Below are positions 26,321 to 33,851 of a stretch of DNA of 64,000 nt, in pieces. Under the pieces are notes generated by a model. That model was not told the DNA's origin and did not search any database. It saw only the letters and a program-made list of their open reading frames with translations. Source of the DNA: an uncultured Solirubrobacteraceae bacterium (lineage in GTDB: Bacteria; Actinomycetota; Thermoleophilia; Solirubrobacterales; Solirubrobacteraceae); NCBI GenBank assembly GCA_963759945.1, contig CAVXBH010000014.1, positions 88,884 through 152,883 on the forward strand, given 5' to 3'. The translations under genes were made by a program, and so were the position numbers. Positions within the stretch are counted from its first letter, which is position 1. Each line of letters opens with the position of its first letter.

Positions 26321-27317
26321 GCGTTCGCTCCGATGCGGATGCGATGCAGGTCGCCCGTGATCCCGTCGGCGACGATCGCGTGGCGGCCCGCGAGGGCGAC
26401 GGAGCGCGGCGCGCCCGAGGTTCTTGAACGTCCGGCGGCGGCGCCCGGTGCGGCCGTCGACCATCGCCACCGCGTGCGCGCCCATGAGCGCGACGAGCGG
26501 CGTGGCGGCCGGAGCGCGTGAAGACGACGTCGGTCGGGTCGCAGCCCGAGTTCGACCGGCTTGCGGGCGCGGCGCCGGTCCAGGTCGAGCGGAGTGACAG
26601 CCCGGCTGCGGAAGCCGTTGTGGGTGACGAATCCGCGCCTTCCGTCCGGGGAGAGCGCGACGCGATAGGGGAGCGCATCGGTGGCGATGCGGCGCACCTT
26701 GCCGGTGGCGACCGTGACGTAGGCGACCGCCGAATCGCCGTTGAGCGCCACGAGCACGTGCCGGTTGTGCCGGTCCACGGCGACCCCGCGCGGATGCGCG
26801 CCGACCTTGATGGCCGGATGAACACGGCCCGTCCTGAGGTCGACGCGGGTCAGCGTGCCTTCGGCGCCGCCGCCGGCCACCCACGCGACCTTGCCGCGGT
26901 GGGTGACGGTGCCGGGCTCGGGGCCGACGTCGAGGCGGTGGACACGGCCGTGTGCGCAGGTCGACGACGGCGAGGCCGGGCCGGTCGTAGTAGGCGGTCG
27001 TGACGAGCGCGTAGCGACCGTCGCGGGTGACGTCGACGTCGCAGGGCGCGCCGCCGACGTCGATGGAGTCGCGGCGCTTGAGCTTGCGGCCGCGATGCGC
27101 GGTGATGGTCGTCGCGCGTTGTCGGTGGTCCATGCCGTGCGGTGGTCGGGCGTGACGGAGAGCCCGTGGGTCCGGATGCCCGGGGCCTTCGGCGTGCAGG
27201 GTGGCGAGCTTCGGCGGCGGCGTCCGCCGGGCGCACGTCGAGTGCGAGAGCGAACCGCTCGACCGCCAGGCCGCCTACGAATCCGCGCCGCGTCGCGGCG
27301 ATCTCCCCTCCGAGCAC
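26317..27317 (-). CDS. YVTN-type beta-propeller repeat protein (copy 2), multiple frame breaks; start approximate
   Basis: VTRDGRYALVTTAYYDRPGLAVVDLRT and VALSPDGRRGFVTHNGF. Ends GITGDLHRIRIGANA*, with an ATGA overlap onto sulfatase 2. Confidence 0.55.
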
Positions 27318-27337
27318 GAGCGGCAGAGTACGCCTAC

Positions 27338-27368
27338 TGATGACAGCCTGTCAAGGTGGTTGTCATCA
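27338..27368. promoter_or_regulatory. inverted repeat TGATGACA-N15-TGTCATCA (inner GACAGcCTGTC) upstream of a TetR gene
   Basis: Read directly. About 20 nt upstream of the TetR start. Confidence 0.3.
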
Positions 27369-27388
27369 ACGTGCGGATTTCGGTTACC

Positions 27389-28036
27389 ATGCCGCCGCGA
27401 ATGAGCGTCGCCGCCCAGCGCACCAAGCGTCGTCAGCAGCGCGAGGAGACGCGCGCGCAGATCCTCGCGGCCGCGGAGGCGCTGCTGCGCGAGGGCTCGT
27501 TCCGCGATCTGACCGTCGACGCGGTGATGTCCGCCACCGGGCACACCCGGACCGTCTTCTACCGCCACTTCGACGACATCCCCACGCTGGTGCTCGCGCT
27601 GATGCAGGAGGTCGGCGGCGAGCTCGTGCGGGTGAGCGAGGCGTGGGCGCGAGACCGACCGGCTGGGTCCCGACGAGGCGCGCGCCCAGCTCGCCCTGTT
27701 CGTCGACTTCTACGCGCGCCACGGGCGCGCTCGTGCACGCGGTCGCCGAGGCCGCCCACCACGACGACGCCGTCGAGGAGGCCTACACGGCAATGGTCGA
27801 GGGCTTCATCGCGCTGACCACGCGCGCCATCCAGGCGCGCGTCGACTCCGGGACGGTGGCTCCGGTCGACGCGCCCGAGATCGCGCGCGCACTGGTGCGG
27901 ATGCTCAACGGCTACCTGGACGACGCGCTCGGCTCGCGGACGCGGACCGACCCCGAGCGCGTGCTCGACGCGGTGCGCGACCATCTGGTCGCGCACGCTC
28001 TTCGGAGAGGCGCCGGCCGCTGTCGGTGCTCGCTGA
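27389..28036 (+). CDS. TetR-family regulator, 1-2 frame breaks; stop inferred
   Basis: REETRAQILAAAEALLREGSFRDLTVDAVMSATGHTRTVFYRHF HTH. The C-terminal domain continues in the frame of ORF 27142..30603. Confidence 0.7.
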
Positions 28037-29356
28037 CGTCGGGCGCTGGGCCGCCGAGGACGGCGGCCCGCGGCGCCGCCAGTGCGTCCCGGGCTCGCTC
28101 GGTCTCGTTGCCGGAAGGCGGCTCGGGGTCGGCGCGACCCGCGACGCGCTCGGGACGACGATGGTCGTCCTGCGCGATCCGGGCGAGGTCTACGTCCTGC
28201 GTCACTCGCTGGGGCGGCGGCCGCTGGTGGACCCGGTCACCGCATGGGTCGAGCGGGTCGACCCCGAGACGCTGGCCGTCGTCGAGCGCTCGAGCGACCT
28301 GCCCGCCGGCCCGTTCTGGCCGGGCGGGCTGGCGGCCCACGCCGACGGCTCGCTGCACGTGGTCTTCGGCAACCACTGCCACCGGCTCTCGTCGCGGACT
28401 CGAGCTGCTCGCGACGCGCCGGTTGCCGGCGCCGCGGCCCTACAACTCGTTCGTCGTCCTGTCCGACGGAACGCTCGCCATGAAGGACTTCGACCGCGAC
28501 CTGCGCGAGCCGGCGCGGATCGTGCTGCTCGATCCCGACGACGCTCGAGCCACGCGGCGAACCGGTCGTCGACTCGGCGAGCCCTCCATCGCGCGGCTGA
28601 CCGCCGACGGCGACGACCTCTACGTCGTCGGCGCTCGCGCCGTCCACCGTCTGCGCTGGGACGGCGCCGTCCTGTCGCGCGACGCTCACTGGGGCGGCAC
28701 CTACCTGCAGGACGGCCACAGCTACGGCTGGGATCCCGTCGTCGCCGGCGGCCAGCTGTGGTTCATGGACAACGGCGCGCACGACGTTCGTCACGACGAT
28801 GCGCGGCGCAGGGGTGGCGCCGGGCCGGTGCAGCTGTGGCGATCTCGCTCGACGATCCCGCCGACTGGGAGGCGGTCGAGGTATGCGGCCTGCCGCACGG
28901 GGCGGTCACCGAATCCGCCGCTGTTCGACGCCGAGCGCCGGATCGCCGTCGCCTACGACTCCGCCAACGGCGTCGTGCAGGCCTTCCGCTTCGAGGGCGG
29001 CTCGACGCCGCTCTGGCGGCGCGAGCTCTCGCACGCCGCGCACATGATCCTGTTCACCGAGACCGGCGAGCTCGTGCTCCACGACTTCCACGGGCCGCGC
29101 TTCGGCCGCACCCGCGCCGGCGCGCGCCGCGAGGCGCCGCGCCACCTTCGTCATGCGCAGCGACCGGCTGCGCCGGCTGCGCGACCGGGCTCAGCCGCGA
29201 CGACGTCGTCGTGGTCGACATCGAGACCGGGCACCGAGCGTGGCCGCGCGACCGTCCCGACGCCTGATGCAGTCCGTGGTCTTCCCCGCGCCGGGCTTCG
29301 ACCGCGACCTCTACTGGTGCACGATGAGCACGCTCGCCCGGCTGGCGGTCGCGTGA
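28026..29356 (+). CDS. hypothetical beta-rich protein, at least 3 frame breaks
   Basis: Protein-like text in three frames (YNSFVVLSDGTLAMKDFDRDL, GQLWFMDNGAHD, AVAYDSANGVVQAFRFEGGS, ends FDRDLYWCTMSTLARLAVA*). Confidence 0.45.
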
Positions 29357-30035
29357 GTCTGCGCGACACGATCGGCCGCCGCGCTGATGCCCCGGACCGA
29401 TCGTCGGCGCTGTCGACGGTGCGCGGGCCCGCGGCGGGTGGCGGCGGCGCTCGCGCGCGCTCGGCCGGAACGCCGCAGGTGCGGCTGTTCGTCGCCTTCG
29501 ACGATCCCGCCAGCGCGGTCGCACTGCTCGGGCTGGTCGAAGGTTGGCGCGGCCGGCGCGTCGACCTGCTCGTGGAGCCGGTCGTCGCGCGCGGCATCCC
29601 GGGCGACCCGGCGGTCGAGGCCAAGCGCGCCTATGCGGTGGTCGACGCGCGCCGCCTCGCGCCGCGCGACGGGCTGGAGCTCGTGCGCGACGAGCCGGTC
29701 GACGCCGGCCGACACCGCGTTCCTGGCGGCGTGGGCCGCCGCGCTCGCCCGGCGACGCAGCGCACGACGTTCTGCGCGCGGCCGATGCGCCGCTCTGGTT
29801 CGAGTCCGACGGCCCGGTCGACCCGGCCGGCTTCGCTCGCGCTCTGGCACGCGCACCGGCAGCGAGCCGCCGACGCCGCGCCGACGACCTGCCCGGCGAG
29901 CGCGGCATGCGCCGGCGGCGCCTCTACGACACGCCGGTCGCCGTGCTTCGCGGGCCAGTGGTTCTTCGCCCACGAGCGCCTCGCCGCAGATCGAGCACGC
30001 GCTCGACGAGCTGGGGTGGACGGCAGCGCGCATGA
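29353..30035 (+). CDS. DsbA-like (2-hydroxychromene-2-carboxylate isomerase family) paralog, frame breaks
   Basis: GTG overlaps the upstream TGA. VRLFVAFDDPASAVAL...GQWFFAHERLAQIEHALDELGW. Confidence 0.45.
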
Positions 30036-30611
30036 CCGCGCAGCTGGACTTCTTCTTCTCCTTCCGCAGCCCGTACTCGTACCTGGCCGGGCCGCGCGCG
30101 TTCGCGCTGGCCGACCGCTACGACGTGGAGGTCGTCTTCCGCGGCGTCATCCCGATGGCCATGCGAGGCCAGTCGGTGCCGATGGCCAAGCGCCTGCACA
30201 CGCTGCGCGACGTCAAGCGCGAGTCCGACGCGCCTCGGCATGCCGTTCGGCCGGATCCACGACCCGATCGGCGACGGCGCGATGCGCTGCCTGCTGGTCG
30301 TCCGAGCACGCCGCGGACGCCGGCCGCGTGCGGGAGTTCGTGCTCGAGGCCAGCCGCGGCATCTGGGCGGAGGCGATCGACGTCGCCGCGCGACGAGCGG
30401 TCTGCGCGCCGTCTGCGAGCGCGCCGGCCTCGACTGGGCGACCTGCCGCAGCGGCGCTCGAGGATCCGGCGATCCGCGCAGCGCGTCGACGCCAACACCG
30501 CACGCGCTCGCCGAGCACGGCCACTGGGGCGTGCCCGTGTTCGTCCTCGACGGCGAGCTGTACTGGGGCCAGGACCGGATCGAGGACGTCGAGCGCGCAC
30601 TGACTCACTAG
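30032..30611 (+). CDS. DsbA-like 2-hydroxychromene-2-carboxylate isomerase family protein, frame breaks
   Basis: MTAQLDFFFSFRSPYSYLAG and C-terminal HGHWGVPVFVLDGELYWGQDRIEDVE. Confidence 0.65.
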
Positions 30612-30633
30612 CGCAGCCCGCCGCCCCACAACT

Positions 30634-31362
30634 TCAACCAGGGGCCCGTCCCTTTTTTGAAGCGCTTCGCAGCTCCCGCTGTTTGGTCAGACGCCCGTAC
30701 ACGGCGCGACCCGTGATGTCGAGGACCGCAGCGAGCGTTGGCACCGGGATCGAATAGTCGTCGACGGCCTCGGCGATCCATCGATCCGCGTCGACTATGC
30801 GCAACTCCTCGATCAGCTCGTGATCGTCCAGCGCGACGAGACTGCGGTAGCGCGCGGTGGCTTCGCTGCCACCGAGCAATTCTTGTACCGCATCCACGGC
30901 CAGGAATTCCGGAGCCGGCGACAGTCCGGCCAGAGCCGGATGCGCGCTCCAACGCCAATCAATCGGGTGGGCGCAAAGTCCCGCGGCCACAGGGTTGCGA
31001 GCGATGTACCGCAGCACGGCCAGGAGGTGCGCATCCGATCTCACCAGCGTGTACGACGGACCGTTGCTGAACAGCGTGCCGTGCTCGCCCCACTTGCGGT
31101 TGAACTCCACCGCGTACTGCTCATGGACCGGCTTGAGACCGTCACCGAGATCGAGGTCCGGCCCTTGAAGCAGCTGGTGCCCGTGGGTGCCGAGCAGGCA
31201 ATAGCTGTACAGGACCCATCGACGCCGCCTCATCTCCATCGCGAGCAGCTCGAGGTACCGGTCGCGGTCGGCATCGTCGCGAAACAGCTGGCGTAGGGCC
31301 GGCGCTCGGAACGTCACGTGGTAGATGGCGTCGGGGTCTGGGACCTGCCTTCTGCGCGGCAT
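30634..31362 (-). CDS. IS200-like Y1 (HUH) transposase of the REP-associated (RAYT) type with C-terminal HTH; intact
   Basis: HUH THGHQLL, catalytic Tyr context LAVLRYIARNPVAAGL, 242 aa with no frame break. Its last codons lie in a flanking hairpin. Confidence 0.8.
   Translation of the reverse strand: MPRRRQVPDPDAIYHVTFRAPALRQLFRDDADRDRYLELLAMEMRRRRWVLYSYCLLGTHGHQLLQGPDLDLGDGLKPVHEQYAVEFNRKWGEHGTLFSNGPSYTLVRSDAHLLAVLRYIARNPVAAGLCAHPIDWRWSAHPALAGLSPAPEFLAVDAVQELLGGSEATARYRSLVALDDHELIEELRIVDADRWIAEAVDDYSIPVPTLAAVLDITGRAVYGRLTKQRELRSASKKGRAPG
30639..30656. repeat. REP-like hairpin arm (GGGGCCCGTCCCTTTTTT), inverted copy of 31421-31439
   Basis: The reverse complement contains the exact 15-mer AAAAGGGACGGGCCC found at 31421-31435. 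Confidence 0.5.
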
Positions 31363-31420
31363 GGGCAGATGAAAACCTCCGCGAGGAGGAGACAGGACCT
31401 TTTGCGCACTTCTGCTTCAG

Positions 31421-31439
31421 AAAAGGGACGGGCCCTTTT
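31421..31439. repeat. REP-like hairpin AAAAGGG-ACGGG-CCCTTTT
   Basis: Self-complementary 7-bp stem. Flanks the other side of the Y1 transposase gene. Related GGACCTTTTG lies at 31396-31405 and AAGGGACGGG again at 31464-31473. Confidence 0.5.
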
Positions 31440-31469
31440 GTGAAGCGGTGCGATGTGTACTGGAAGGGA

Positions 31470-31513
31470 CGGGAGCGACGGGACTCGAACCCGCGACCTC
31501 CGGCGTGACAGGG
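31470..31513 (-). pseudogene. tRNA-Asp(GTC) 3' fragment: anticodon loop to discriminator, no convincing 5' half (att-like remnant)
   Basis: Minus strand reads CCCTGTCAC-GCCGG-AGGTC-GCGGG-TTCGAGT-CCCGT-CGCTCCC-G. That is an Asp anticodon loop, variable loop, T arm, acceptor 3' strand and G73. The upstream 30 nt do not fold as D arm or anticodon stem. Confidence 0.6.
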
Positions 31514-31529
31514 TGACCAAGCGTGCCCA

Positions 31530-31800
31530 CTAAGGCCTCCCAAAGACGCTACCGAGCCAAGGATTCGAGCCGCATGGATCACGAAGGACCTGGCGATCAA
31601 CCCCGCATGTTGCCGCAGGGTTGCCACGGAGCGGCCACCAACCACGACATGAAGAACTGGACCGGACACGGAGTGCCCGACGCGCGCGATGAACTCGCGG
31701 CGGTTGACTGAGCGCAGCCCCAGGCCTACCGCGCTCTCGAGCTCCTCGGTTACGCTCGGCCCGCATCCACCAGCCCACGGGGTCGTTGCGCGCGTCTTCT
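31530..31800 (-). pseudogene. decayed 3' end of a tyrosine recombinase (integrase) gene abutting the tRNA fragment
   Basis: Minus-strand text VATLRQHAGLIARSFVIHAARILGSVASLGGLSGH resembles the integrase C-terminus (..ATLLLQAG......LGHSSVATTL.TYSH). No intact ORF. Confidence 0.45.
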
Positions 31801-32275
31801 ATCCACGGGATGTCAGCTGTCGCAACAAACCGGCGCCTGCGCTCGAGCCAACCGTACTCCTGAAGTGGGCGTCGTGGCGGTCACGCCGTCCAGCTCCAAT
31901 GGGGGTTGGATCCGCAACAGCGCTGCCGCCAGGAGGGTCGAGTGGCGCCCCGGACGCGACGGGAACTCGCTCGAGCCCTTCTAAGCGCTGTTCAGCAGCG
32001 CAGGGGGCAGAGCAGCTCCAAAACGACGAAGGCCCGGCGGATGCCGGGCCTTCGACCGAGTCAACGATCCATAGGAACGATGCCTCAGTGGTTGCGGGCC
32101 TCAGTAAAGCGCGTCACGGGTCCGGCCGCAGAGATTTTGTACATCGTGAGATCCCCCTTGTCCACGTGGCCAAGGTGCATTCTGCAACTTAGTCCAGATG
32201 AACAAACGATCAGTCGGCGCGCCACCGCACACTCGTGAGGCACCGTAATCGACACCAGAAAGGAGTCGTGATCGC

Positions 32276-32374
32276 GTGGGCGATGCCTCAGTGGTTGCTC
32301 TGGCGCTTGCCCTCGTTGTCGCGCTACTGCTGATCGGTCTGCTGATCGTCATGCAGTTCATGCGCCGGCGCTGA
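32276..32374 (+). CDS. possible 32-aa hydrophobic peptide (VGDASVVALALALVVALLLIGLLIVMQFMRRR)
   Basis: AAAGGAG lies 10 nt upstream of a GTG. Single TM helix plus basic tail. Below the ORF-track length cutoff. Confidence 0.25.
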   Translation: MGDASVVALALALVVALLLIGLLIVMQFMRRR

Positions 32375-32822
32375 GGAAACCCGGGAACGGCCCGTCTCTC
32401 GCTCAGGGAGGCGGGTCACCCGCTCCTTCCGACCGTCTGAGGCGCCGTCACTGACCTCCCTTGCTTCGTGAGATGGATCAGCCTGAGCCGAGTCTCGTCT
32501 GTTGCGCTTAGGAACCGAGGCGGGCTACGACCTAATCCCGAGGGGCAGGCGGTCTGCCGACCGGCCGAGCGGTGAAACGCGGCGCCCGTAGCCCGAGCTG
32601 GAAGGATGAAGCCGGAGATCGAAGCCGAACTACGACAGACAACTGGATGGAACTCCAACGCCTCTACAGAAGTTGCGAACCGGACCAGGGCCGGACAGTC
32701 TCCCGCGCCTACCAAGCACCCAGCTACCGAGGAGGAGCTGACCCGAACCCCGGGGGCCGCGCGACTCCACGGGCGGATCCTTGCAGATAACAAGCGCGCC
32801 GTGCTTAGCTGAGGCGGTGGGC

Positions 32823-33296
32823 GTGAACCTGAGTGCCATCTGTCTAAACGCACACGGCGTGAAGCTGGCATTGGCAGCGGACCGGGGCGAGCTCAGTGCA
32901 GACCGGGACATTCTTTTTGAGCTCGAGCAGAGCTACGAGAGTTGGTGGGGCGAAGACAAATCGTTCGACGCGATGCACTGGGCACTGACCGGGCGTTCCA
33001 GCTCGGAGCCCGATTGGCGACTCTTCGGCGCCGAGTCGATGCGTGGACAGGGAATTGGCGAGTGGACCGCTCTCCTCGAGCCAAGCCAGGTCATCACCCT
33101 CGAGGCGCAGCTTCGAGAGGTCCGGGAGGACGCGATGTACGAACGCCTGTCATGCATCCCGGCCGGCACCTACGGCGGGGACTACTACTCCGACGCTGCA
33201 GAGCACGCCGCGGTCGTAGCAGACGCGCAACGCTTCGTGAAACTCTTGAAGAATTGCGCCGCCGACGGTGGCTGGCTGCTTCTATCCGTCGGTTGA
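32823..33296 (+). CDS. YfbM/DUF1877-like protein (tentative), convergent with the immunity candidate
   Basis: GTG 32823. DAMHWALTGRSS...ends GGWLLLSVG, recalling the YfbM family from memory. Its 3' end overlaps 33282..33848 by 15 nt. Confidence 0.5.
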   Translation: MNLSAICLNAHGVKLALAADRGELSADRDILFELEQSYESWWGEDKSFDAMHWALTGRSSSEPDWRLFGAESMRGQGIGEWTALLEPSQVITLEAQLREVREDAMYERLSCIPAGTYGGDYYSDAAEHAAVVADAQRFVKLLKNCAADGGWLLLSVG

Positions 33297-33848
33297 CAGC
33301 AGCCGCGCCGCAACCCGATGCTGAAGCTGAACGACAGCGTGCAGCCGGTCGGCCTTGAGCGTCCCCTCGCCTCCTATGGCGATCGCGGATGCTACGGACG
33401 TGACGCACACCCACAACGGACTCCAATATGTGGATCCCAAGCGAAGCGCCGGCCAGTTCAGTTCGGAGTGAGGTCGTCTCTCTGGATCGATACCCCACTG
33501 GAAGCGGGGATCGACACGCATCGCTTCCTCGGCTACCGCGAACGTCAGACCGTCTTGAAAGCTTGCCTTCAGTAGACGGTCCCGGTCCCCCGGCTCGCAC
33601 CACAGCGGATGCCGAGGTTTTACATCGCGCCTTCCGAAATTCCACCGTTTAGCGCTGCGTCGGGAGGAGCCCCGGACGCCGAGCCGTCTGAGCACTTCGG
33701 GCCATAAGGCCGTAAGCGGCTGCTCAGCGCTTCGCCACGTCGTGCCTACCGCTTCATCGAGCCACGAGATTGCAGTTGAGCGTGACGCGACGTAGCCCTC
33801 GAGGAACTCCTGTGCCTCGGACTCAGACATAGATGCGAAGTCGATCAA
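33282..33848 (-). CDS. candidate immunity protein for the adjacent nuclease toxin
   Basis: Starts (TTG 33848 or ATG 33830) within 25 nt of the toxin stop at 33852-33854, on the same strand. 188 aa, no signal peptide, no family recognised. Confidence 0.55.
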   Translation of the reverse strand: MIDFASMSESEAQEFLEGYVASRSTAISWLDEAVGTTWRSAEQPLTALWPEVLRRLGVRGSSRRSAKRWNFGRRDVKPRHPLWCEPGDRDRLLKASFQDGLTFAVAEEAMRVDPRFQWGIDPERRPHSELNWPALRLGSTYWSPLWVCVTSVASAIAIGGEGTLKADRLHAVVQLQHRVAARLLSTDG

Positions 33849-33851
33849 CGG

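Noticed and set aside
31514-31545. 5' half completing an intact tRNA-Asp
   Set aside because: The upstream 30 nt (GGGAGGCCTTAGTGGGCACGCTTGGTCACC) give only 5/7 acceptor pairs, no T8, and no credible D stem or anticodon stem. The same bases read as the end of the integrase remnant.
31461-31860. tmRNA (ssrA) gene ending in the tRNA-like T arm at 31470-31513
   Set aside because: No GGGG...GGUUUCGAC-like 5' end able to pair with the acceptor strand. No tag ORF ending in ...ALAA-stop in any minus-strand frame I translated. The anticodon loop CTGTCAC and G73 fit tRNA-Asp instead.
32375-32820. Structured RNA (RNase P-like GAGGAAA.CCGGG and GGTGAAACG strings, or a cobalamin riboswitch)
   Set aside because: These are only short chance matches. 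The conserved RNase P blocks (ACAGAAA, GGTAAGAGC, ACAGAACCCGGCTTA) and the cobalamin B12-box are absent. An essential RNase P gene would also not be expected inside an island.
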